DNA of 48,522 nt from Chrysochromulina tobinii (Eukaryota). Positions within the stretch are counted from its first letter, which is position 1. Every line of letters begins with the position of its first letter. Positions 20,278-31,797 of the stretch are shown piece by piece. The notes beneath the pieces were generated by a model. It saw only the letters and a program-made list of their open reading frames with translations, was not told the DNA's origin and made no database searches. A program made the position numbers and the translations under genes. The stretch spans positions 1 to 48,522 of the forward strand of contig JWZX01002568.1 of the NCBI GenBank assembly GCA_001275005.1. Direction: 5' to 3'.

Positions 20278-21729
20278 ATGAGCGCCGCGCGCTTGCTCTC
20301 CAAGGGCGACATGCGGCCGCACATCGCCGTCTGCGGCGAGATGGTCAAGGAGGGGGCTCAGAGATTGGTCGTGCATGGCGGCGAGCAGCGGCAGCCAACA
20401 TGGGCGTCGGAGGTCTTTGGAGCTGACTCGGCTGATGAGGAGACGTCGCTGACCGTGAGCACTCGGCTCCCGGGTGGCTGTAACGTGCACACCTTCGACG
20501 AGTTCCGCAACCTCCAGGAGGAGTTGGGCACCCTTGGCTCCTCGGCAGACTGCGCGTCACCCATGGAGGCTGATGGCATGCCTTCGACATCGGATCATCA
20601 CGAGGTGCGAAGGCTGCCAGCGGTCGAGCCTCCGGGCCACCACTTCGAGGTAGCCGTCGACGAGCAGCAGGCGCCGCTGCAGCAGCATCACCACCCGTCG
20701 GCGCTCGCGACGAGCGAGGTGGAGCCTATGGTCAGCGAGCCGTGCCTTTCACCTCCCGATGATGAGCCCGACGCTGACGGTGAGCCGTCGGCCAAGCGGC
20801 GCCGGAAAACGAGTGCGGGCGGCAAAGGCAGCAAGAAGAATGACAAGGGCGCGGCCTCGTCCGACAAGGGCGGTGGCAACGGGGCGATGGTGGCCCCATT
20901 CGGCAGCACCATTTCTGGCTCCATCAAGCGGCCGCCCGGGCGAGGCCCAAAAGGCAAGCTCTGGGATTCCTGTAGGGGCGAGTGGATGACTCCAGAGGAG
21001 GCTCAGGTACGCAAAGTGGCCGCGGCCGCGGCCGAGCGAACGGGGGGCGGCCATGCAGTGGCGCCGGCGCAGGAGGCGTACGAAACTCAGATGGAGGTGG
21101 CTGACGCGAGTGGCGGACTCTCGAACGAGGCAGCAGAGACGGACCCGGAGGAGGCTGGGCCTGCGGATGACGAGGAGGGGGTGGCGGCCTCGGGCACGGC
21201 CGTGGCGGCGGCAGAGCTAGCACTCGCGGACGTGCCGAACGGAGGTGGCAGCCGCGCGCGCGCTGCGGCGGACACCCCGCTCCCGCCAGGGCTGCCGGCA
21301 CGCCTAGCGCAGCACTTGCATGCAAAGCGACGTGAGCTCGACGATGCGCGCGCCGCTAAGTTGCGCGCGACCGAGTCGCTCAAGGACGTGATGAGCCGCG
21401 AGCTCGAGGGCCCAGGCGACCGCGTGAGCGCGAGCATGCTCAAGGGTTGGGTAGACGAGCTCTCTCAATGCGAGTCGGCGGTCGAGCACGCGAAGCAGGA
21501 GATCTCAGTGGCCGAGTCGGCCCAAGCCCTTCTCGACGAAGCCGTGCGGTGTGAGCTCGAGGCAGAGCAGCAGCGAGCCGCGCTCGAGGAGCAGCAGGCT
21601 GCCGTGCAAGCTGCGCGCAAGAAGTACCAGGAGCTCGTGAAGGCGGTGCGCGCGGCCGAGGCTCACGAGGCACAGGCCAGGGCCACTCTCAAGGCAACCC
21701 TTGCCAAGCACGCTGTGCAGTCCGCCTGA
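20278..21729 (+). CDS. Hypothetical nuclear-type protein with NLS, KRPPGRGPKGK.WD...G.W motif and C-terminal coiled coil
   Basis: 483-aa ORF; PSAKRRRK NLS-like; heptad Ala/Glu/Gln-rich C-terminus. Confidence 0.7.
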   Translation: MSAARLLSKGDMRPHIAVCGEMVKEGAQRLVVHGGEQRQPTWASEVFGADSADEETSLTVSTRLPGGCNVHTFDEFRNLQEELGTLGSSADCASPMEADGMPSTSDHHEVRRLPAVEPPGHHFEVAVDEQQAPLQQHHHPSALATSEVEPMVSEPCLSPPDDEPDADGEPSAKRRRKTSAGGKGSKKNDKGAASSDKGGGNGAMVAPFGSTISGSIKRPPGRGPKGKLWDSCRGEWMTPEEAQVRKVAAAAAERTGGGHAVAPAQEAYETQMEVADASGGLSNEAAETDPEEAGPADDEEGVAASGTAVAAAELALADVPNGGGSRARAAADTPLPPGLPARLAQHLHAKRRELDDARAAKLRATESLKDVMSRELEGPGDRVSASMLKGWVDELSQCESAVEHAKQEISVAESAQALLDEAVRCELEAEQQRAALEEQQAAVQAARKKYQELVKAVRAAEAHEAQARATLKATLAKHAVQSA

Positions 21730-22349
21730 GCGCCGGCGCGGCAGTGGCGGCAGCGCGGCGCGGCGGCGGAAGGGCGACAAGGCGGCGAAGTGGCGCGGAT
21801 CACTTTGGCGTCTGAACCTTGGCGAAGCTCTGAGGTACAGCGGGAGATATGACGGAGCGCCTGCACATCAGCATGCCGCAATGCGAGGCGGCCGAGGGTG
21901 GGGCAGGACGTAAGAGGACGCAGCAGGAGCGGACCGCGGGCGCGTGGGCCATGATGGGTGCGCGGCGCGACCTTGTCATTGCTCGTTCGTCTCGTTCCCG
22001 TTCATCCGGACCGCGGTAACCGCGCGACACACCGTGACGCTGACCGGCGCCGGGACGGGTGGCCGGCGCTCCGCCGTGGCACGCCCCCGCCCGTATGTTA
22101 ATATTTTTACCAATGCCATCTTCGCTTCGATATACCAAGGGCCGTCTTGCTTGCGCGTACGGCGTACTGGTGTACCGGGTACTTCTCGTGCGTGCGCGCG
22201 GACACCAGTACGACGAACACCGATCGGATCACCGTACACGCCAGTACACAGGGGGGGGGGCGGGGTACGTCTAGTCGACGACCCGACCGTCGCACCTCGG
22301 TATTACACGAGTCTATTACACGAGTCTCTCTCCGCTCTCACACTCATCT

Positions 22350-25300
22350 TCATCGCGTTCGTCCGCGACGACCCCCCTTGAGGTCGCCTGCCTCGTCCTC
22401 CTCAACATCCTTCTCGTCCTCCTCGTCCACGTAATCGGCATAGCGCGCACCTACCATCGCCTTGCTCGCGGCGCATCGCCGCGGGCGCGCGTCGCGCACG
22501 TCGTCGAGCTTGGCGTCGAGCTCTGCAAGCTCGCGCTCACACTCGCGCTGGCTACGCCCGCGCTTGACGGCGCCTCCGCCGCCTCCACCTCCGCGCGTCT
22601 GACGTGTGAGAAGGTGCGCGCCTTCCTGTAGGCCGCGCCCCTGCCTCGCCTCGGCCTCCACCTCTGCCTCGAGCGCCTTGGCGCGGTGGCGCAGCCGCGA
22701 CGAGCGTGAGCAAGGTGGGCAGAACCAGTCCTCCGCGGGCACCTCGTACAAGCGAGGCTTGAGGCAGTAAATGTGGTAGCCGCGATCGCATGCATCGCAC
22801 AGTAGCATCTTATCCGCGTGTCCCTTCAAGTGGCACGTCATGCACTCCGAATCGCCCGGCCCCCCCTCGTCCGCCTCGGACGCATCCGACGCGACGTAGT
22901 CTTCGTCTCCCTGCTTGCGCTTGCGCCCTTGCGAGCCACGGCCGCCTCCGTCCTCGCTTCCCTCGCCCTCATCCTCATCGTCTTCCTCGAGGGTGTGCTG
23001 CGTGCTCGCTTGGGTCCGGAGCTGCTTGAGCGCCGCGGCACGAGGCGCACGCGGCGCCTCTGGCTCCGCTGCGGGCGCGGGGAGCGGCCGCCAGTTGCGC
23101 CCGAAGAGACGCTTGCCGTCCGTCGAGGAGCGTGGCGGGTAGGGACCCACCCAGAGCTGCTTGAAGCGCACCTCACTTGGGGCGCCCCAAGCGCCCGTGC
23201 CGAAACCGAGCGTGGCTCGACCGTTGAGATGAGCCCCCGTGCTTTCGCTCCTAACTGGCAGCAGCTCGAGCTGGGCGGGCGGCTCGCTCTTAACGAAGGA
23301 CGCGTGCAGACCGGGCTCACTGCCCTTGACGGCGAGGCTCTCTCCCGCGGACGCTCGCGACGACGCGCCCGCGGCGACGCGCCCTCCGATCGAGAAGGAG
23401 CCGTCCGCGTACACGCCCGCGACAACGCGCGTTTGCCATTGGCCAGTGAGTTGTCCATCGTCGTCCTGGCTCTGCACATGCAGCAGAGAGCCCGCCTGAA
23501 TCCCGGCACGCTCGCGCGTCGTGCCGAGCAGCTCTTCGAGGCGCAGCGCGAGCTGCGCGCAGGTCACACTCGTCCCGAGTCGCTGCCGCCACGGACCCTC
23601 CCACGCCGTCACCTCGTACGCGACTCGCACATTCGCCGCACGCTGCTGCCGAGCCTCCTCCATCGCGCGCACGGCCACGGCGCGCCCCATACCGGCACGG
23701 CTGTCGGGCACCGCCGACGCTTCGATGGACAGCGCGCGCTGCGAGGCCTCCCAGCGTGCGAGCAATGCTTGTATGCTCGCTGTGCCAATCAAGAGGAGCA
23801 TCTCGCGCAGCTCCGCGGCCGTGCTCGCCTTTTCGGTCGCGGCTCGCCAAGCAGTGGCGGCCTCCTTGGCCGTTAAGCCTACGCCAGCGGTGGGGTCGGC
23901 GACCATCTGCCGGGCAACCGCCGCCCACAGCCCGCGATCGTTGTCCTCGGCGACGGCTGCCGCCGCTCGGCACGACGCGCCATCCTCTGCCGACGTCTCC
24001 TCCTCAGCCACCATTGCGTCGGACGCGTCGTGCCGGGCGGGGTCTGCCGAGAAGGTTTGTGCGAGCTCGTCCGCCACCTCGAGAAACCTCCGGGCGAGCT
24101 GCGCCGTCGAGGCGCACCGACGTGGCGAGGACACCGGCGCCAGCGCCGGCGCCGACATCGCCGTGGGCACGTAGCCGTGCGCGGGCGGCGGCAGTACGAC
24201 GAGGGGTTCGTCCTCGGCGGTCTCCTTCGGGCGCACCCCTTTGGCCTTGGGTGCCTTGTTTGCCACGGCGCTTCCCTCTCCAGCTGGCAACCGTGCGAGC
24301 AAATGGGCGTCGGCGCGCGAAGGTGACTTTTTGAGGGCTGCTCGCAGGGCGCTCAGGCTCGTCACCTGATGAGGGAGTCAATTAGGAGGTCATCAGGAGG
24401 TCATTAGGGAGGTCATCATGGTCGAGGAGGCGCTCGGACTCGTCACCTGCCACCAGGTGCCATCCAGGCGCTCGAGATAGACAGAATACGCCCACGTCAG
24501 CTGTGGCGGCGTCTCTTCCATCAACGTCGCCGTCGCAGCTGGCGCCGGCGAGCCCGTCGGCGCGCCATCAGTGTGAGCGGCCGTACTGCCGTTGTCACCT
24601 CCGCCTGCCTCCGCGGGCCGTTTGGCGCTCTGCTGGGCACTCCAGTGCGGCAGGAGCCAATATGTGGAGCCGTTTCGGTCGTGTCCGAGCCGCTCCGTGC
24701 GCACGCGCGCCTGCAGGCAGCGGCGGCGGCCCGCAGCCGCCAGGCGCTCCTGCTCTGCGGCCTCCTCCGCCTCGAGCGCCTCCTGCTCCTCGAGCTGCGC
24801 GCGCTTGGCGGCCCTGATCTCGGCCACTTTCTCGGCGCGCCGCTCCACCTCCTGCAGCCTCTGCACCTCCTTGGACTGCTTACGCACTGGCTTGCCATCG
24901 ACCGCTTCCGCCGCGTCCGCCGCCACCTCCTCGCCTTCCTCCTCCTCGTCTTCCTCTCTTTTAGCGTCCCCAGCTTTTACCCTTTGCTCCTCCTCGACCT
25001 CGACCTCGTGTCCCTTCCCCTCTGCCGAGCTCTCCTTGGCCTCATTGGGCTCCTTGGCGTCTCCCCCTTTGGCCTCACCGCTCCTCTCGCTCTCACTTGG
25101 CTTCGCCTCGTCCTTGGCCGCAGCTCTCGCCGGACGTGCCTCACGTGCCTCTCGTGCCTCACGTGCCTCTCGTGCCTCCCGCTCCGCCTTACGCGTCTCA
25201 GCGAGCATCTCGCCGAGCTCGTCGAAGGACTCCTTGGGCGTCACCGCCGCTGAGGGCAGCGCCCACTCACACAGCTGCTGCAGCGCGAGCGCGCGCGCCT

Positions 25301-28136
25301 CCGTGGGCAGAGCGCCATACTCGCAGTGCGCCAATCCAGCCGCCAGCTGCGCCAGCTGCGCCGCGGGCCCCTTGAGCGCAAAGGGTGCCTTTTCTCCCGG
25401 CCATTCAGAGATGAGCTGCTTCTCGCCACCCACCTGTGCCGCCTGCTGCTCGTGCTCGTGCACCCACTGGCGCACGAGCAGCCGCAGCAGCTCGGGCCAC
25501 GTGTCGCGTGAGAGCAGCGGCAGAGCGTCGCTCAGGCTCGGCGTGCCGAGCGCGGGCCCAACCGCCAGTGGCACGACGACCGAGGGGGCGTCGTCCACCA
25601 GCGGAGCGGGCGTGCGCTTGCGCGGGGAGGGCGCGGGCATGCTCGACGGTGCCGCCCGCCCACGGGCGCCGTGCGGAGCACTTGCATGCGCACGCGAGGA
25701 GGTGGGTGCATGCGCCGGTGGCGGTACCAAGGGGGCGAGCGTGCCCGGCGCGCCATTGCTGCCGCTTTCGGCCACGCCGGGAGTCGACGTGGCGCCAGCT
25801 GTGCCGCCCGCCTCGGCGGCTCCCGATGCCTGAGCGTGCCGTTCCCACGATAGCTTGATGGTCCGCACCTTTTGTCCGTCTGGCCCAACATACATCATAT
25901 ACGATGTCTTCTCTGCTTCATGGCGCACACCGCGCCAGCCGGGCGGCAGCTCGCGCTTGCGCCCCCCTTGTCCGTCTGGCGGAGCTGCTGCCGTCGGAGC
26001 GTGCGTGTAGGGCAGCGTGATGGGCCGCTCCGGCCGCTCCCGGGCGTCGTCCCGGGCGTCGGGGACCTCGGGCGTCGTCCCGGGCGGCGGGCCACCGCCG
26101 ACGTGGGCCATCGAAGCGAGCCGAAGTGGGGCGTCAGGGGCGTCGGGGCCCCCGGGCGCGTTGCTTGGCGCCACGGACGACGCCGAGGCCCCAGCAGGGG
26201 GGAGCAGGGAAGCGGGCGCGGAGGCGGCGGAGCTCGAGGGCAGGTACGTGAAGCCCGAGGGCAGGGCAGGTACGCTCGCCAAGGCAGCGGGATTGGAGCC
26301 TGCAGCGCCCGCGACGGCGCTCGTCCAGGCAGCGGGATTGGAGCCTGCAGCGCCCGCGACGGCGCTCGTCCAGGCAGCGGGATTGGAGCCTGCAGCGCCC
26401 GCGACGGCGCTCGTTGAGCCCGCATGGGCAAACAGGCACGCAGCGGTGCGTGCTGCCACCGGCATCGCCCATGCATCTGGCCGCCCTGCCCACCCCAGTG
26501 GCATGGCCATGCCAGACGCCAGCGGCAAAGCCTGATGCGGCGGCGGCGGTGCGCCCGGCGTCATCGTGGGCGCCATCCAGTTGGGCGGCGCTGTCGTGGG
26601 CGCTGTCGTGGGCGCTGTCGTGGGCGCTGTCGTGGGCGCTGTCGTGGGCGCCGTAGTGGGCGCCATCCAATTGGGCGGCGGCGGCGGCGCTGGGGGTAAT
26701 GGCTGCTGCAGCTGCGGCGCCGCCGCCAGTACATGCGGCAGCTGCATGGCTGACGGAGGCAGCGCTGGTGGCTGCGACGGCGGGAACGGGGCAGGGCCAG
26801 ATGAGGATGCAGAGGCAGCGGAAGCAGCTCCCTCGTTCGTCTCGGCCGGCGGCGGCGGCGCAGCTAACTGTGGAAGGATCGTCGTCTGTGGAAGCTGTGG
26901 AAGCGAACTGCCACAGGAGGCTGTGGAAGCGAACTGTGGAAGGATCGTCGTCTGCGGCGGCTCCGGTACAACGGCACACGCCTCCGCGCCCACTACAGCG
27001 CCCACACCACCGCCTGCCGTGGCGGCGGCAACCTGCTTGATTGCGGCCGCCATCGAGGGCGGCGCCTCGACCGTGAGGGCGTCGTAACTGATCGGATCGT
27101 CCTCCAGAGGAAGCAGCAGCCGCAGCAGTGCTATATGGAGGGCATCCACGGCTGACATGCTGCTGCTGCCGCCGCCGCCGCCGAAGCCGCCGCCGCTGCT
27201 GTTGCTGGGCCCAAAGGCACTGCCGAGCTCATGGAGCGTGGGCGGCGCGCGCGGCCATGCGGCGGGCTGCAGGGCCCCTGATGGGAGCGTGGGCGCGGCC
27301 TCGGCTGGATGAGAAGTGACGAAGTTCTGCCCAAACTGCCAGGCGACCATGCACGCCGACTGCGCCGCCGCCGAGAGGAAGGGCAGCACGGGCGAGGCGA
27401 TACCGTGTTGGAGCGAAGGCGGCTCGCTTTGCTTCTTGCTGGGCGAGCGCGCCGTCGCCGGCGTGCCGCTGCTGCTGCAGCTACCAGCCGCGCCTGCCGC
27501 GCCTGCCGCGCCTGCCGCGGTAGCAGGCCTGCTGGCCGAGCTGGCATCCGCTCCGTCAGCGCCTTGCGTGCCAACGTCGACAGGGTGCGACTGCGTGAAG
27601 CTGCGCATCTGTTTCACCGCCTGCTCGCGATCCTCTTTCGCGGCACGCTTTTTGGCGAGCTTCGCTTGCGCCTCCTCAGCAGCTTTGGCCGCCGCAACCG
27701 CCTTGGCCGCAGCTGCGGCCTTGGCGTTCGCAGTGCGTGCAGCCGATGCGGCCTTTGCGGCCTGCGCGGGCGCGGCGAGCGAACCTCCCGGCGAGCCACG
27801 AGAGGAGCGCAATGGCGACGCCAAGGGGCCGTCGCTGGCAACATCCGCTAAGGGTGATGGCTGTTCCTCGATGCGCAGCGGCGGCGCAGGTGCTCCTTCG
27901 GGCGGTGGCGGTACGTCTGTGTACCGGACGCGCGGGTGACGCTCGCTTGGAGGGGGCAGATGCACGGCATCACGGTCCCCATCATCGTACACCACTACGA
28001 CCTCGAAGCCTGGCTTGTTGCCCTTGCCAAGCTCGTGCTGCACCTCGTGAATCGTGCCCGGGTACCACTCGTCGTCGTCCTTGTAGTATACGCACAGTCG
28101 ACGGCCCACGGCCGGTGCCTGGTCGTCTGCCGACAT
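22350..28136 (-). CDS. BAZ/ACF-like chromatin protein: Tudor, DDT, MBD-like, WHIM1, WSD(WHIM2/3), PHD; exons 28136-24447 and 24365-22350
   Basis: Tudor [37 protein letters not shown]...[13 protein letters not shown]-like LPPGW...[15 protein letters not shown]1 [21 protein letters not shown]2 [20 protein letters not shown]...[28 protein letters not shown]. Confidence 0.85.
24366..24446 (-). other. 81-nt GT-AG phase-0 intron with duplicated junction and internal ATGACCTCC(C)TA-type repeats
   Basis: Contains the in-frame stop ending the 24393..28226 ORF. Removal gives [15 protein letters not shown] (WHIM3-like). Donor CAG|GTGACGAGTCCGAGCGCC versus acceptor CAG|GTGACGAGCCTGAGCGCC. Confidence 0.85.
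26281..26415 (-). repeat. 45-bp coding tandem repeat x3 ([15 protein letters not shown])
   Basis: Near-identical units start at 26281, 26326 and 26371. Confidence 0.95.
26568..26680 (-). repeat. 12-bp coding repeat (TTAP)x6 flanked by duplicated PPNWMAP
   Basis: gtcgtgggcgct array between gggcgccatccagttgggcggcg and gggcgccatccaattgggcggcg. Confidence 0.9.
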
Positions 28137-28220
28137 CTTTTTGTCGAAACACTCGCGGCGTGCGTCTTCGCGCGGCGCGCGCGCGCGTGCGTCTTCGCGC
28201 CGCCGCGGCTGTGGTTGCAA

Positions 28221-28243
28221 TGTCAAGTCAAGTCAAGTCAAGT
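28221..28243 (-). repeat. (GACTT)4 repeat upstream of the BAZ-like gene
   Basis: Plus strand tgtcaagtcaagtcaagtcaagt. Confidence 0.85.
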
Positions 28244-28586
28244 TTATGCGCGGGGCAGTTACTGCTCTCCGCACCCGACCAGAGTCCAGTTTTGGGTTGC
28301 CCAACGCCAGCTTCCTTAAAGTTTTGTCGAACATGTAGATCTAGAAACGCATTCTTTAACACACGTTCACAAACAAGTGTTAGGCTCTTTCTTTCACGCC
28401 ACTCTGCATGCCTTCGACTCGAAGCGATGGTTCCGAGAGCGAAAACGCACCGGTGGACGAGATCGCCATCTCCGGTGGCTCAAACTTTAGTACTCGCTTT
28501 CGCGGCGGCTATTCCTGACGGCCGGCGCCTTGCTCAGTCTATCGCCGCGGCCAATTCAGAGCTCGACGTTCGTTGTGCCATCTCGC

Positions 28587-31500
28587 ATGGAGCACACCAT
28601 CTGGTCGCTAGCTCGCACGGGCGCCACCGCCGAACTGTCCAAGCTCGTCACCGACCCTGATGCTGAGGTTCCCGTCGACCTTGCCGACGACAACGGGGTC
28701 ACCGCGCTCATGCACGCGGCAGCTCATGGGCACGAGGAGTGCGTCTGCAGGCTCCTCGAGGTGGGCGCGAACGCGGCGCTGCAGGACCGCGAATCGGGCT
28801 ACTCGGCCCTCCACCGTGCTTTCCTTGGCTGCAAGCTTGCGACAGCCGCTGCGCTCGTGCGAGCTGGCGTGAGCGTGCACGAGCCGTTAGACCACGAGGG
28901 GCTGTCGCCGCTCGAGCTGCTGCACATGGTGTACGGCGAGCGCCCGCTTACGAGCTCCGCGCGCCCCCCCTTTGGCGAGGTGTACACGTGGGGCGATGCA
29001 GGCTGCGTGGCGCTCGGGCGCGCAGGGGGCTCGAACGCGCGCACCGCCTCAGCCGGCCGCGTCGAGACGGGCGGACGCATCGTGGGTCTGGCCGCGGGCA
29101 AGTATCACACGTTGCTCATAGACAGCGTCGGCCACGCCCATGCCTGCGGCCTCGGCGTCGGTGGCCGGCTCGGGGTCGGTGACGAGGTCGCGCGCGCTGT
29201 GCCGTGCCGCATAATGCTGCCGGCCGGCCGGCGGGTGCTGTGCGTGGCGGCGGGCCTGGACCACTCGCTGCTAGTGACAGCGTGCGGCGAGCTGTACGCG
29301 TGGGGTGCGGCCGGCACGCCCCTAGGGTTCGAGAGCGCCGAGAAGGACGCGCCGACTCTCTCGCCTCGGCGCGTGAAGCTGCCGCCGGCCGCAAGCAACA
29401 CACCTGCGCCCCTCGCGAGCTCGGTCGCCGCGTCTGCAGGACACTCGCTCGCCGTGTCGCGCTGCGGCAAGGCGTTCGCGTGGGGGCGGCATCACAAGGG
29501 GCAGCTCGGCCTGCAGACGACCCTCACCGAGGTGAGCACGCCAAGGCGCATCGAAGGCCTCGCCCATACCACGGTCCTGTCTCTCGGGGCGGGAATCGAG
29601 CACTCGGTCGCAAGCACCGCTGAGGGGCATGCGTACTGCTGGGGCTTTGGCGTACCCACGCCGCGCAAGGTGAAGATTGACGCGAAGCTGACGCTGCCGA
29701 AGATGCGTGACGGCGCGGCACCCCAAGGGATGCGTCGCGCACGCCCGTGTGTGCTCGAGGTCGCATGCGGGCTCTCCCACTCCGCCGCGCGCACCTCGGA
29801 TGGCGATCTCTTTGTGTGGGACGCGAGCCATTCGCCAAGGCACGTGCCACTGCACGGGCATCGGGCGGTGAGCGTGTCGGCCGCGCGTTACTCCACCCTC
29901 GCTGTCACGGAGGACGGCCACGTCTACTGCTGCACCGAGCATTGGCATGCCGGTTGGGCACCGGCTGCTGAACGCGTCATTGAGCTTTCCCAGGTGAGCA
30001 TCGCCGTTGCGGCTGAGCACCACTGCGCCGCCATCGTCGAGCTGCGCGTGCCGCCGCTTCCGAGCGTGCCGCGCCCGCCAGTGGACGCCCTCGCCGCCCC
30101 CTCTGACCTCTACGCCGGAGTGTCCATCGAGTTCCTCGGGGGCACCTCCCTCAACGGCACGAAAGCGAGCCCTATGGGCGGCCTCCCTGCGCGGCTCGCA
30201 TGCACCGGCGTGGACGAAGAAGATGGACTCAAGGACGATATCGTAGATGGCAGCGCCTCGGAGACCTCGGAGGTCGGCGAGGGCGGCGCGCCGGTCTCCG
30301 AAGGCGTCCCTCTTCCCCGTCAAGGGCTCGGAGTGCCCTCATTGAGTCGCCTGTGCGAGCAAGTTCTCATGGACGGCGTGAGCGCGCGTGGCGTCTTGCA
30401 GCAGCTCTACATGGCAGACACCATCGGGGCGGAGGCACTGAGCACCTTCGCGCTTCAGACCGTACGCGCCAACCTGCGCCTCGTGATGCGCAAGCCCCTC
30501 TGGACGCACCTGCCGGCGCACCTCGTGTCGCACCTTCGCCTCAGCCTGCTGCGAGAAACGCTCGCGGAAGACGTACCTCGATGGGCCGCACTGCCTGAGG
30601 CGGATGCGCCGGCGCCGTCGGCGGCATCGTCCGACGGCTCGCCGCTGTCGCTCGCGCTCGAGTGCGGCTTCAGTGCCGCCGAGTACGCCGCCAGCGCGGC
30701 GGCGAGCGCCGTGCTGCACTCGCCCACAAACTCGCCCTCGCTCTCGCCGACGATGTGCCCGGCACAGCGCGCGCGCCAGCTGCGCAAGAAGCTCAAGCAG
30801 ATTGACGAACTCGAGCGGCGGGCGAGCGCCGCCGCCGCCGTCGCTGCCGAGGGCGGCGAGGGCGGCGAGGGCATTGCGCCCCCGATCTCGACCAATCTCG
30901 CCCCGATCTCGCCCAGTCTTTCGCCGGAGCAGAGGATCAAGGTGCGTGCACGCCACGCGATCGAGACGGAGCTTGCGGCGCTGCTGCGGGCTCATCCGCA
31001 GATTGCGCCCGCCGCCGCCGCCGTCGCCTCAGCCAGCGCCGAGGCCTCGTCGTCCTCCGCGCTCTCGCCCGGGCTCTCGCCACCGCTCTGCCCTCTGCCG
31101 CCGCCGTCGGCAGCTTCCATGTATGAGGGCGCCAGCCGCTGCTCGACGGGTCTCTATGAGGTCTCAATCAGGTCTCAATCAGATCTCAATGAGGGCACCT
31201 CGAAGGATCTCACTGAGGTGCTGCCCTCGGCAGCGGCGCCCCGTGGCTTCTCCTCCGGCGCCCCATCCACAGGGGTGAGCCTGCTTCGAAGGCCGACGAC
31301 GCCCGTCGTGTCCGGGTCTGATCTCGAGTCTGATCTCGAGGGGCTCGTTGAGGTGGCGCAAGCGACGCGCCTGCCGCTCAACGCGGCGCGAGTGCTTCTT
31401 GAGGCTGCACTGTTCAACCCTGCCGCTGCGATTGGGCTCCACTTTGGCGACGCCGTACCAACTGCCGACGCGCCGCTGCGTGCCGCGCCGACGGGTACGG

Positions 31501-31761
31501 GCAGCGGCGCGTGCAGTAGCGACGGCAAGAAGAAGAAGAGCCAGAAGAGCCTCCAGAAGAAGGCGCCGACGGTGCTGGAGGTCGTCGAGGACGAGAAAGT
31601 GCGCGCCGCGAGAGAGGCTGATCGCGTCGAGTCCGAGCAGAGGGAGCAAGCGGAGCGCGAGCAGGCCGCACGCACTGCCTCCATCCCCGGGTGGGGCTAC
31701 GTGCACGCGCGCGCCGCCCCCGTTGCATCCCTCAGCGAAATCCAGCGGAGCGAGGCCGAGC

Positions 31762-31797
<36 letters not shown>

